Positions 1 to 9,248 of a DNA stretch of 64,000 bases are shown here, one piece after another. The stretch's first letter is position 1; each line of letters begins with the position of its first letter. Source of the DNA: Candidatus Latescibacterota bacterium (lineage in GTDB: Bacteria > Latescibacterota > UBA2968 > UBA8231); NCBI GenBank assembly GCA_965215195.1, contig CBDCDC010000002.1:3424001-3488000 (forward strand). Reading direction: 5' to 3'. The position numbers were made by a program, and so were the translations under genes. The notes below the pieces were generated by a model. The model worked only from the letters and a program-made list of their open reading frames with translations, made no database searches and was not told the origin of the DNA.

Positions 1-870
1 GGCGACGCATCTCAACTCCCGGAGCACCCCGGCCTCCGCGCCCATTGGGCCGTGGCCGCAGGCCCGGTCCTCCTCGTCGTCGCTGGCGTCCTCGGCGGAA
101 TGCACCTAGACGCCAGTCAAGCACCGGCCGTGGCGGCCGCCCGCGCCGAACACGGCTTTTTCGCTCGGCTCTACTGGATTGAAGTTTTCTCCCACGCCGA
201 CGGCGCCAAAGTGATGTTTCTATCCGCCTTAGCCGGCTCGGCACTCGCAGCGGTCTTGGCCCTAACCCGCCGCGAGGAAGCAAGCCCCAAACGCCCGCTC
301 GGCCTAGTGGAAGTCTGCAAGACTTGGGCGAGCGGCATTGCGGGCTTTTCCTATGCGCTGGTGATATTGATCATGGCCTGGGCGATCAAGGAAACCTGCG
401 AGGCTGTCGAGACTTCGGCCTATATCGTCGGTGCGCTCTCCGGCTTCCTCGACCCGCACTTCCTCCCCCTCCTCGTCTTCTTGCTTGCCGCGGTGGTCGC
501 CTTATCCATCGGCACCTCGTGGACGACTATGGCCGTACTGTTGCCGACCATGATTCCAGTAGCCTACGACTTGGGCGGTCTGGCGCTGACGGTTCTAGTC
601 GCCGCCGCCGTATTGGACGGCGCAATCTTCGGCGACCATTGCTCTCCCATCAGCGACACCACCGTCCTCTCCAGCATTGCCGCCGCCTGCGACCACCTAG
701 CCCACGTCCGCACCCAGATACCCTACGCTCTGACGACGATGACTATCGCCGGGCTGTGCGGCTACTTGGGCAGCACCCTGCTGTGGTCTCCGACCACTGG
801 CTTGGCCGTGGGGCTGTGCCTGATTGTCGCAGTGATTTTTGCAGTGGGAAGGAAAACGGACGCCGATTGA
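1..870 (+). CDS. Na+/H+ antiporter NhaC-family protein (5' end outside window)
   Basis: Frame open from base 1; multiple TM segments; motifs SIGTSWTT and GAIFGDHCSPISDTTVLSS typical of the NhaC family. Confidence 0.85.
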   Translation, partial: GDASQLPEHPGLRAHWAVAAGPVLLVVAGVLGGMHLDASQAPAVAAARAEHGFFARLYWIEVFSHADGAKVMFLSALAGSALAAVLALTRREEASPKRPLGLVEVCKTWASGIAGFSYALVILIMAWAIKETCEAVETSAYIVGALSGFLDPHFLPLLVFLLAAVVALSIGTSWTTMAVLLPTMIPVAYDLGGLALTVLVAAAVLDGAIFGDHCSPISDTTVLSSIAAACDHLAHVRTQIPYALTTMTIAGLCGYLGSTLLWSPTTGLAVGLCLIVAVIFAVGRKTDAD

Positions 871-943
871 ATTAGTGGTCAGTCCCCGCATCGCTGAGCC
901 GACCGGGAATTGGGACTGGCACCGGCCACTGTAAGGAACTGAC

Positions 944-1076
944 CTTAGTACACGACCCCTAAAGTAGGCGCCCCTTACTTTGAGTACGCCTTTTCTGCGG
1001 TTTCCGCTGGGTCCGGGATCGAGGGCAAGATGCCCTCGATCCTTGGCAGGCTGAGGGCTGGTGTCGTGTAGTAAGG
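944..1076. mobile_element. MITE-like element carrying a REP-like hairpin
   Basis: Imperfect terminal IRs TTAGTACACGAC (945-956) / GTCGTGTAGTAA (1063-1074); flanks GAACTGAC / GAACTAAC (7/8 match); same terminus as the element at 44681. Confidence 0.55.
1016..1042. repeat. REP-like palindrome
   Basis: Perfect 12-bp stem GGATCGAGGGCA-aga-TGCCCTCGATCC; related copy at 52215-52236. Confidence 0.65.
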
Positions 1077-1083
1077 GAACTAA

Positions 1084-1584
1084 CTACCACCCGGCCGTCG
1101 TCCGATCCACCAATTCCTCTAGCACCATGTTCAGCGCCCGCTCCACCGCTGGATCCCGTCCCTTTTCTTCGGCCAACGCCGCGTCATACGTCCCCGATCC
1201 CTCTAGGTCGGCCAATGCCAACAACACCTCCCCATCCTCCACTCTCACCAGCTCGGCCGCCACCAAGACCGCAAATCGGTACTGCTCGGTCTGCTCGGCT
1301 GTCGTATAGGTAAAGGGGCGGTCCTCAATCGAGATCACGTTGAGTTGCAAGAGGGCATCGGCACTCTCTTCGTCGACCACCCGCAGCTGGCCATCCTCAG
1401 CATAGGCATCAATGGCGCGTTCAGTCAGGCGCTCGGCCACGGCAAACTCCGAGGTCTGGTTGTCGGCTACGGGGATGCCAATGCTGCGGATGCCGCCCAG
1501 TAGACCGCCGGAAGTCGAGTAGTAAGCGCATCCCCCGATACAGAGCACCGCCAGCGCGACTCTAATCGTCCGATGCGCTCGCAT
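1084..1584 (-). CDS. lptE: LPS assembly lipoprotein LptE-family protein
   Basis: Lipobox-like IGGC after a hydrophobic stretch; IRSIGIP..NQT, ADALL pattern; start placed at MRAHRT; alternative in-frame ATGs at 1608 and 1632. Confidence 0.7.
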   Translation of the reverse strand: MRAHRTIRVALAVLCIGGCAYYSTSGGLLGGIRSIGIPVADNQTSEFAVAERLTERAIDAYAEDGQLRVVDEESADALLQLNVISIEDRPFTYTTAEQTEQYRFAVLVAAELVRVEDGEVLLALADLEGSGTYDAALAEEKGRDPAVERALNMVLEELVDRTTAGW

Positions 1585-2059
1585 CGTCCTCGGCTGCCGC
1601 GCTCGCATCGTCTTCGGCTGCCGCGCTCGCATCGTTCTCGGCCGTCGCCAGCGACCGCGCTCCGTCGCCCACGGCGATAGGCTGATTCTGGGGCCGTCCC
1701 CGGACATCGGTCCCCCGCACCTCCAGCCGCTGCCACTGCTCTTGACCCGAGGCGCGGGCCACCGAGTGCTCGACCATCATCGCGCTCAACGGCCGGGTAT
1801 CGCCTACCATCGGTGCCTCGCCTACCACTGGAGCGCGCACGGTACACAGGCGCGCCTGTACATGGGTGGCGACCACCCGCGCCTTGACCACTTCCCAGCG
1901 ACCTAGCGGCTGCCCGCTGTCTGGGTCCTCAATCTCCCCGTGCAAGGCGAAAATGGCAAAGGCCATGCCCTCCTCGACTCCCTGCTCGCTACCGACGTTG
2001 AGCACCAGAGTTGTGTCGTCGATAATGGCGGCTACCTTGCCTTCAATAGGTGTACTCAT
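1562..2059 (-). CDS. Hypothetical protein (FlgT C-terminal-like beta domain, acidic repeat tail)
   Basis: AGGAG RBS; LNVGSEQGVEEGMAFAIF motif; C-terminal AEDDASAA repeats. Confidence 0.7.
   Translation of the reverse strand: MSTPIEGKVAAIIDDTTLVLNVGSEQGVEEGMAFAIFALHGEIEDPDSGQPLGRWEVVKARVVATHVQARLCTVRAPVVGEAPMVGDTRPLSAMMVEHSVARASGQEQWQRLEVRGTDVRGRPQNQPIAVGDGARSLATAENDASAAAEDDASAAAEDDASASDD
1575..1646. repeat. 3 x 24-bp tandem repeat
   Basis: GCGCTCGCATCGTCCTCGGCTGCC / ...TCTTCGGCTGCC / ...TTCTCGGCCGTC. Confidence 0.9.
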
Positions 2060-2073
2060 GCGGCTGTGCTCCT

Positions 2074-2111
2074 AAAAAAAGAAACCGGCCCGCGCTCGCT
2101 GGACCGGTCTC
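2074..2111 (-). terminator. Rho-independent terminator after the M23 gene
   Basis: Minus strand GAGACCGGTCC-loop-GGGCCGGTTTC followed by T7. Confidence 0.7.
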
Positions 2112-2167
2112 GATATGTTTGGTAGAAATTGGCTCCGACCGTGCGGTTGGAGAGTGAAGCGTTTAAC

Positions 2168-3181
2168 TCACTCGCCTGCGGCCCACCTATCGCCCTCACT
2201 GTTGTCGAATATGAAGTCTTCTGGATTCTTGTATCCTCGGTGCTTGCCCAATTGATGATCCCGCAAGCGCACCGCATAGTGCAAGTGGGGGCCGGTCGAT
2301 CGACCTGAGTTGCCCATCGTCCCGATCTTCTGTCCGCGCTTTATCTCCTGCCCTTGCTCGACCAAAATTTTGTCCAAGTGGCCGTATTCGGTCTGGTAGC
2401 CGCCTTGGCGCGCATAGGGTTGGCCCTGCTCGGCGAGTTCCTTTTTTCGATGATCGATAATAATCGTATTGCCGAGGTATTTATCCTTCGCGGCGTAGCT
2501 TACAAAGCCATCGGCCGTCGCGTAGATAGGCAACCCCTTGCGGCCGGCCAAATCGACGCCGCTGTGGAAGGCCCGACGACCGGTAAAGGGGTCCATGCGC
2601 CAACCAAAGGACGACGACCGCCATGTCCTCCCTTCGTGGACCGGTGAAATCGTGGGCAGGTATTGGACGTTGGTCTCTTGGAATCTGCGCTCGATTTCCG
2701 CAAAGCTCTCGGCCTGTAGATTGACCATCCGCTTCAGGTAGTCGATGCGCACGCCCAGCTCGCGCATCATTAGCTGCTTTTGGGGCGGCAAGGACGTGAA
2801 CTCCTCGGACAAATCCTCCACGCCCCCGACGCCGCCCGACGCCCCATCCGCGGCGAGCGGCTCCATCTCGTGGTGAGCGCGCAATCTGTCTTCCGTCGCC
2901 CTGAGCTGATCTATGGTCTGCCCGAGCTGCTGCACTTCCTCGCGGGTCTGCTCTAAGCTGTGTAGGAGAGTTTTGTTTTCGTCCTGCAAAGCCAGCAGAG
3001 CCTGATGATCGCCCGGCTTGTAAAAACCCTGTGCATAGGTGTAGTAACCAAGCACTCCCACAAGACCAAATCCTCCCAGCAGAGTCAGCCAGAGAATGCG
3101 GGGAAAAAAACCGTATTCCCGGATCTGACCATCGCGCGGGGAAATGACAATAAAAGTATAACGCTTGCCTAATATATTCAT
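2168..3181 (-). CDS. M23 family metallopeptidase (TM + coiled coil + LytM domain)
   Basis: HSGVD, YGHL and GRSTGPHLHY zinc motifs. Confidence 0.92.
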   Translation of the reverse strand: MNILGKRYTFIVISPRDGQIREYGFFPRILWLTLLGGFGLVGVLGYYTYAQGFYKPGDHQALLALQDENKTLLHSLEQTREEVQQLGQTIDQLRATEDRLRAHHEMEPLAADGASGGVGGVEDLSEEFTSLPPQKQLMMRELGVRIDYLKRMVNLQAESFAEIERRFQETNVQYLPTISPVHEGRTWRSSSFGWRMDPFTGRRAFHSGVDLAGRKGLPIYATADGFVSYAAKDKYLGNTIIIDHRKKELAEQGQPYARQGGYQTEYGHLDKILVEQGQEIKRGQKIGTMGNSGRSTGPHLHYAVRLRDHQLGKHRGYKNPEDFIFDNSEGDRWAAGE

Positions 3182-3321
3182 ACCTATCCCTCTGTTTGCT
3201 AGTCTGATAGCAAATTTTGAGGCATTCGTATTCGTTAGTATTGTATGTATTGGATATTGTTTGAGTTAAACCGTTCTAAGGTATAGACGCCACGGCGGAA
3301 AGTCAATCGCCAAATTCTCCC

Positions 3322-4068
3322 ATGCTCTTGGCTATCGACATCGGCAACACCTGTATTGACATCGGTCTTTTGGCCGGCGACGCGCTCGTTTTTCACCACA
3401 AATATCCCACGGCCCCCCCGGCCGATGCCGACCTCCAACGCCTGCTCGCACCGCTTGCCGCGCCCCCGGTTGGCGCGATCATCGGGTCGGTCGTCGCGGA
3501 ATTGGGGGCTGCGTACGCCGAGGCTTGCCGCGACTTCTTCTCCGGCCCCGTCCTCCAAGCGCACAGCACGTGGGATTGGGGCCTGCACATCGACTACGAC
3601 GACCCCGCTCGGATTGGCGTTGACCGCCTCGCCGCGGCCGCGGCCGCCCATCGCGCAGCCCCCGGCCAAGCGGTCGTGGTCGTCGATGCCGGCACTGCGC
3701 TCACGGTCGATGTCATTGACGCCGAGGGGACCTTCCGCGGCGGTGCCATTGCCCCAGGGCTGCGCCTCGGATTAAACGCCCTCAGCGCGGGCACCAGCTT
3801 CTTGCCCCAAGTTGAGCTAGCGGCCACAACGCCCCTGCAGGGCAAGAACACTGCGGACGGCCTGCGCTCGGGGGCCCTGCACGGGTCGGCCGCGCTCGTC
3901 GAGGGCCTCTGCGCTCGCATGGCCGCAACTTTAGACAGTCCGGCCGCGCTCTTCCTCACCGGCGGCGACGCCCCCCTGCTCCAGCCGCACATCGCCGCAG
4001 TCCACACTTGCGCCCCAGACCTCGTACTGCGCGGCTTGGCCCTCGCGTACTGGCGGCGCACTGCTTGA
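3322..4068 (+). CDS. coaX: Type III pantothenate kinase
   Basis: LAIDIGNT, IGVDR, VDAGTALT, GGAIAPG, TGGDA motifs. Confidence 0.95.
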   Translation: MLLAIDIGNTCIDIGLLAGDALVFHHKYPTAPPADADLQRLLAPLAAPPVGAIIGSVVAELGAAYAEACRDFFSGPVLQAHSTWDWGLHIDYDDPARIGVDRLAAAAAAHRAAPGQAVVVVDAGTALTVDVIDAEGTFRGGAIAPGLRLGLNALSAGTSFLPQVELAATTPLQGKNTADGLRSGALHGSAALVEGLCARMAATLDSPAALFLTGGDAPLLQPHIAAVHTCAPDLVLRGLALAYWRRTA

Positions 4069-4093
4069 CGCGATACCAGCCCATCCATAGTAT
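4065..4093 (+). promoter_or_regulatory. Putative sigma70 promoter for the S41 peptidase gene
   Basis: TTGACG-N17-TAGTAT, upstream of AAGGAG RBS. Confidence 0.5.
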
Positions 4094-4135
4094 GTAACAG
4101 CAGTTCAACACGCCCCACTGACCAAGGAGTGTCGC

Positions 4136-6025
4136 TTGTCCATTTTGCGCATTTCGCTACTGCTCGCCCTCGTCGCGTTTACCTCCGACCTGAGGGCCGA
4201 GCACTCGGTTGAAGACGAATACAAAGCCCTGTTGTGGAAGACGGCCAAGACCATTCACCAGTACTACTACTACGTTGAGGAGGTGCATCCCGATTCCCTC
4301 GTGCAGGCGGCTGCGCACGGGATATTCAACGCCTTGGATCCAGCCTCGGAATACGCGTTCAATGCCCGCGCCCAATTCGACGGCGAGGGCACTGCAGGGC
4401 AGCTAGACCGTCGCTTCTACACCCTCATGCAGATGGCCCAAGCCATCGACGAGAATGCTTTTTATCCTGTTGCCGCGGATACGCTAATCCGCTTTGGCAT
4501 CGCCGGGATGATGGAAATTCTCGACCCCTATTCGGTGTTTTTGGAAAAGCACAACCTCGACAATTTCAACATCCAAACCCAAGGCAAATACGGAGGGCTG
4601 GGCTTCCGCATCCAAGTCGTCTATCCCGACAGCGCGATTGCCGTGTGGGGCCTCGTACACGACCAGACGCCAGCGGCCCTAGCCGGCGTCAAGGCCGGCG
4701 ACCTCATCACCGCGATCAACAACACCTCCACCAAGGGCATGTCGGCCGTCGTGGCTGCCGACAGCATGCGCGGCGAACCCGGCACCTCCGTGACCTTGAC
4801 CCTAGAGCGCGCCGACCGCGCTACTTCCTTTGACCTGACTATCGAACGCCAAGAAGTACAGATGAACAGCGTCTCCCTTGCCACCCTCTTCCCCGACAAC
4901 ACCGGCTACATCAAGCTCGGCAGCTTCCAAAAGGGGTCGAGCCGGGAGATGTTCAAAGCCATCGTCGAGCTAGAGGAACAAGGGATGCAGCGGCTGATCT
5001 TTGATCTGCGCAACAACGGCGGCGGGTACCTCGAAGAAGCTGTGCATATCGCCGATCTCTTCCTGCCCCGCGACCGCCTCGTGGCCTTTACCGAGGGCCG
5101 CGCCTTCAAAACTAAAGAGTACGCAACCCGCGAGGACGCCTTATTGCACGACACGCCCCTTGTCGTCTTGGTCAATCACCAGTCCGCTTCGGCGTCTGAG
5201 ATCGTCGCCGGTGCCATCCAAGACTGGGACCGCGGGCTGGTGCTGGGGACTACGACCGTGGGCAAAGGATCCGTTCAGCAGATCGTCCACATCGACGATC
5301 GCGCCGAGCTCAAGCTGACCATGGCCGCTTGGCACACGCCTTCGGGCCGCTCCATCGACAAGCGCATGCGCAAGGACTCCACCCTCGTCCGCGGGCACGA
5401 CGAGGAGTTCAAGACCCTCCGACTCGAGCGAATCGTCCGCGGCAGCGGCGGCATCACCCCAGACATTAAGGTCTCCGGGCGCACCCCCGGGCGCAGCGGC
5501 AGCCACCTCTACGCACAGCTCAACGGCTTCTACAGCCTCAACAACCAATTCTTCTACTACGCCCGCGAGTATCGGCTCAAATACCCAGCACTAACTCCAG
5601 ACTTCGTCGTCGGTCCAGCGGACCTAGCGGCTTTCCGCGCCTTTGCCGAAAACCGCGGGTTCAACTACATCAGCGAGCTCGAAGCTCAAGTCGAGGAATT
5701 GGACAAGGTCTCCGAAGGCGAGGAGTACAACCAACTCGCCAAGCCGCTCAGCCACCTGATCGATGAGATCGACAAAATCGAGGAAAAACACTGGCAGGAA
5801 AACGAAGAGCTCATCGCTTGGCGACTTACCTACGACATCCTCGAAAAGGCATTCGGGGGGCCAGTGGCCGAAGCGTACAACGTCACCGTAGATCCTCAAG
5901 TGCTGGAGGCGCGCCGCATCATCGCTGACCCGAGCGAGTACCAGATGTGGTTCGACAAAGGGGAAATAGGCGCACCAGCAGAGGACTCCATTGCCCAAGA
6001 GGACGGCAGCGGCGATCTCCAGTAG
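4136..6025 (+). CDS. S41 family C-terminal processing peptidase (CtpA/Prc-like)
   Basis: Signal peptide, PDZ, DLRNNGGG, SASASEIVAG, TVGKGSVQ, GITPD. Confidence 0.93.
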   Translation: MSILRISLLLALVAFTSDLRAEHSVEDEYKALLWKTAKTIHQYYYYVEEVHPDSLVQAAAHGIFNALDPASEYAFNARAQFDGEGTAGQLDRRFYTLMQMAQAIDENAFYPVAADTLIRFGIAGMMEILDPYSVFLEKHNLDNFNIQTQGKYGGLGFRIQVVYPDSAIAVWGLVHDQTPAALAGVKAGDLITAINNTSTKGMSAVVAADSMRGEPGTSVTLTLERADRATSFDLTIERQEVQMNSVSLATLFPDNTGYIKLGSFQKGSSREMFKAIVELEEQGMQRLIFDLRNNGGGYLEEAVHIADLFLPRDRLVAFTEGRAFKTKEYATREDALLHDTPLVVLVNHQSASASEIVAGAIQDWDRGLVLGTTTVGKGSVQQIVHIDDRAELKLTMAAWHTPSGRSIDKRMRKDSTLVRGHDEEFKTLRLERIVRGSGGITPDIKVSGRTPGRSGSHLYAQLNGFYSLNNQFFYYAREYRLKYPALTPDFVVGPADLAAFRAFAENRGFNYISELEAQVEELDKVSEGEEYNQLAKPLSHLIDEIDKIEEKHWQENEELIAWRLTYDILEKAFGGPVAEAYNVTVDPQVLEARRIIADPSEYQMWFDKGEIGAPAEDSIAQEDGSGDLQ

Positions 6026-6046
6026 GAGCTTGTACTTTGCGGCGGC

Positions 6047-7264
6047 ATGAACCGCTTTAGAGGGCCTGTTCCCTACCTCGTAACGGGCCTTTTAATTCAC
6101 GCCTTTTTCCTCGCCGCGCTCGGCACCGACCTCCTCCGGCCCCTCTTCAACGACGCCTCCCACACTCGCCGCGGCTTTGATTTCGGGGTTTTCTATTTGG
6201 CGGGCCAAGCCCTAGCCGAAGGCCGCGACATCTACTCGGTGGCGGGTGCCTTCGGCTTCCGCTATCTGCCGGCCTTTGCCTTGGTCGCCAGCCTTTTCGC
6301 CCACCTTCAGCCCCTCACCTCCTTCCTCCTGCACCTCTTTTGCACCGAGCTCTTCCTCGCGGCCAACCTCTATCTGACTTGGCGATGGGTCGAAGGGCCG
6401 CACCGAGGCTTAGCCCTGTTTATGTGGCTGGCGTACTCGCCTTATTTTCTCGAGCTCTACATGGGGCAGGTCAGCTTCTGGGCGGCCTCGCTGCTCTTTT
6501 GGCTCATCGTCGGCCTCCACAGCGGCCGGCAATGGGCGGCCGGCTTCTGTTGGGCGGGTGCCCTCTTGGTCAAACCCAACGCCTTAATCCTCGCCCCCGC
6601 GCTCCTCAAGCTCCGCGCCTATCGCGTCCTCGCCTTGGGACTGCTGGCCGGCTCGCTCACTTCGCTGCCCTACTTCCTCCTGCATCCAGATAGCTTGGCG
6701 GCCTTTCTCTCCACTAATGTCCATGACGCTCCCGTCCAAGGCACCCTCACCCATGCGGGCAATCTCGGGCTACAGGGTGGGCTGGTCAGCGTCGCGGCTC
6801 AGCTAGCTGGACAGCCACTCGCCGAGTTGACAACTCTCGCAGACCTCCCCCTCGCCGGCCGCGCACTCATCTACTCCTCGCAGGCCGCTATCCTCGTCGC
6901 GGCACTGGTGGCCACCTATCGCGGCCGCGCCGCCTTGCCGCTACTTGCGCTGTGGATGTGTACCTTTTTTCTCGTTTACAAAGACGTTTGGGAGCACCAC
7001 TACGTCTTTCTCCAGCCCGTACTCGTGGGCTTGTACGCGCGTTCAGGATCTCCCAAGCTCTTGTGGATATTCGCTTTTATCGCTCTGCCGACGCCCTTTG
7101 TCCTCTTCGACATCGAACCTAAAGTCTATGGGCCGATCGACCCTGAGCGCACGTGGGGGCCGGCCGTTTCCATCGCCTATCGCAGCACCAAACTCATTCC
7201 CCTCGGCTGCCTGTGGTACGGGCTGTGCCGCACGTGCTTGGCTGCTGCACCCACCAAGTCTTGA
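6047..7264 (+). CDS. GT87/DUF2029-like membrane glycosyltransferase
   Basis: DFGVFY, FRYLP, GQV, LVKP, WEHHY; polytopic membrane protein. Confidence 0.75.
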   Translation: MNRFRGPVPYLVTGLLIHAFFLAALGTDLLRPLFNDASHTRRGFDFGVFYLAGQALAEGRDIYSVAGAFGFRYLPAFALVASLFAHLQPLTSFLLHLFCTELFLAANLYLTWRWVEGPHRGLALFMWLAYSPYFLELYMGQVSFWAASLLFWLIVGLHSGRQWAAGFCWAGALLVKPNALILAPALLKLRAYRVLALGLLAGSLTSLPYFLLHPDSLAAFLSTNVHDAPVQGTLTHAGNLGLQGGLVSVAAQLAGQPLAELTTLADLPLAGRALIYSSQAAILVAALVATYRGRAALPLLALWMCTFFLVYKDVWEHHYVFLQPVLVGLYARSGSPKLLWIFAFIALPTPFVLFDIEPKVYGPIDPERTWGPAVSIAYRSTKLIPLGCLWYGLCRTCLAAAPTKS

Positions 7265-7328
7265 TATTAGCGTACTGGAACCGTATTATATCCTATTCTA
7301 TTCTTTTTCGTCTTTCCCCGTCTGTCTT

Positions 7329-8216
7329 ATGGCATCTGACTCCAAGCGCCGACTCCCACCCTGGCTCAAGGTTAAAGCCCCGGGCCACCCCAATTACATC
7401 GCCCTAAAAAACCTGCTCGCCGATTTACAGCTAAACACAGTGTGCGAGAGTGCCCAGTGCCCCAACATCGGCGAGTGCTGGAGCCAGCGCACGGCGACCT
7501 TTATGATTTTGGGCGATGTCTGTACCCGCAGCTGCGGGTTTTGCGCCATCAAGACGGGCCGGCCCCAAAGGCTCGACGAGGGCGAGCCAGAGCGCGTCGC
7601 CGCTGCCATTGCTCGCCTCGGGCTAGACCACGCGGTGATTACCTCGGTCAATCGCGACGAATTGCCAGACGGCGGGGCGCGCATCTTCGCTCGGACGATC
7701 TCGGCAGTACACCGCCTTTGCCCCGCGACGAGCGTCGAAGTCCTAATCCCGGACTTCAAGGGCGACTGGCAGGCCCTAGCGACCGTCCTCGCGGCCGGCC
7801 CGGACATCCTCAACCACAACATCGAGACTCCGCCCCGCCTCTACCCCATCATGCGCCCGCAAGCCCAGTACGGCCGCTCGCTGGAGCTCCTCGACCGTGC
7901 CCGCAAGCTGGGGTCGGCCCCCACCAAGTCCGGCATGATGCTGGGGGCCGGCGAGAGCAAAAGAGAAATAGCCGAAAGCATCCAAGACCTAGCGGATGTC
8001 GGCTGCGCCATCCTGACCTTGGGCCAATACTTAAGCCCATCCGCCCACCACGTGCCCGTAGAGCGCTTCGTCCACCCGGACGAGTTTGCGCAGTGGCGGC
8101 GCTTCGCCCTCGGCTTGGGCTTTCGCCACGTCGAGGCCGGCCCGCTGGTGCGCAGCTCGTACCACGCCGCCAGCCAAGTCGAACAAGTGCGGGCCGCCAC
8201 CGCCACTACCTCTTGA
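7329..8216 (+). CDS. lipA: Lipoyl synthase
   Basis: CESAQCPNIGEC, CTRSCGFC and RSSY motifs; start at MASDSKRRLPPWL. Confidence 0.97.
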   Translation: MASDSKRRLPPWLKVKAPGHPNYIALKNLLADLQLNTVCESAQCPNIGECWSQRTATFMILGDVCTRSCGFCAIKTGRPQRLDEGEPERVAAAIARLGLDHAVITSVNRDELPDGGARIFARTISAVHRLCPATSVEVLIPDFKGDWQALATVLAAGPDILNHNIETPPRLYPIMRPQAQYGRSLELLDRARKLGSAPTKSGMMLGAGESKREIAESIQDLADVGCAILTLGQYLSPSAHHVPVERFVHPDEFAQWRRFALGLGFRHVEAGPLVRSSYHAASQVEQVRAATATTS

Positions 8217-8225
8217 GAGAAGCTG

Positions 8226-9230
8226 ATGAACCTAGAGAAACAGGCTATACCCAAGTATCTGCAACGCAAAAAAATGCTCGCCAACGGGGGACCGATTCGC
8301 GTCCAAAACTTGAGTGACGGGCTGAAAAACCGGGTGTACTACGTGGAGTCTCCCAATCAGACTTGGATCGTCAAGCAGGCGCACTCGCGCGTCCAAATCA
8401 AGGAGCGCTGGTGGATCGACCGGCGGCGCATCTTCGCCGAGAAAAGCTGCATCGAACTTTTGGCGCGATTTCTCGCTCCCGAGCTCCTCCCGCGAGTCTT
8501 GCTCGAAGACCGCACGGACTTCATCCTCGTGACGACCCCACCGCCGCACAACGCCCTGTCTTGGGAGCTCGACCTGCTCAACGGCCGCATCGACCTGCAA
8601 ATCGCCGTCCAGTGCGGCGATTTGCTGGCCACCGTCCACAACGAGACGGCCGGCTCGCCCGAGGTCGCGGCCGAGTTTGCCGCCACCAAGTCATTTGAGC
8701 AACTGCGCATCGACCCTCATTACAACTACATCGTCAATGCTTATCCCGACCTCAAAAAGGCCATTGCCGTCCACACCAACCGCCTCCTCAACGAGGGGTT
8801 TTGCCTCGTCTGGGGCGACTTGCGGCCCCGCAACGTATGGGTCGCCAACGGCCAGCCCTACTGGGTCGATTTCGCCACCGCCCACTACGGCTACCCCACC
8901 TTCGACCTCGCCTTCTACACGGCCGATATGTGCGTCAAGGCCATGCAGAACACCGCCCAAAAAGCCGCCTATTTGGAGGCCGTCAATGTGTTCTGGAACA
9001 GCTATTTTGAGAACGCGAGCTACGAAAAGGCCGAGGAAGTCAAACACCAAGCCGTGCACGATCTCGGCTGCCTGCTGTTGAGCGCGACCGACGGCCGCCA
9101 GCCGGTCGGGCTCGACGACGAGCGCATCATCGGGCTGTCGCGGCGCATTGCCCAGAGCCTGATTTTGACGGGATTGGGAAAAATCGAGGACGTCACCGAG
9201 TTCGTCAACCGGACCCTGATCGACGGCTAG
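8226..9230 (+). CDS. APH/methylthioribose-kinase-like phosphotransferase
   Basis: IVKQA, QLRIDP, GDLRPRN, VDF, GYPTFDL motifs. Confidence 0.75.
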   Translation: MNLEKQAIPKYLQRKKMLANGGPIRVQNLSDGLKNRVYYVESPNQTWIVKQAHSRVQIKERWWIDRRRIFAEKSCIELLARFLAPELLPRVLLEDRTDFILVTTPPPHNALSWELDLLNGRIDLQIAVQCGDLLATVHNETAGSPEVAAEFAATKSFEQLRIDPHYNYIVNAYPDLKKAIAVHTNRLLNEGFCLVWGDLRPRNVWVANGQPYWVDFATAHYGYPTFDLAFYTADMCVKAMQNTAQKAAYLEAVNVFWNSYFENASYEKAEEVKHQAVHDLGCLLLSATDGRQPVGLDDERIIGLSRRIAQSLILTGLGKIEDVTEFVNRTLIDG

Positions 9231-9248
9231 TCCGCGATTGTGCGGCCA

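Noticed and set aside
875-940. Possible cobalamin riboswitch (GGGAA...GCCACTGT)
   Set aside because: Lacks the conserved T-loop spacing and lies between convergent gene ends, not in a leader
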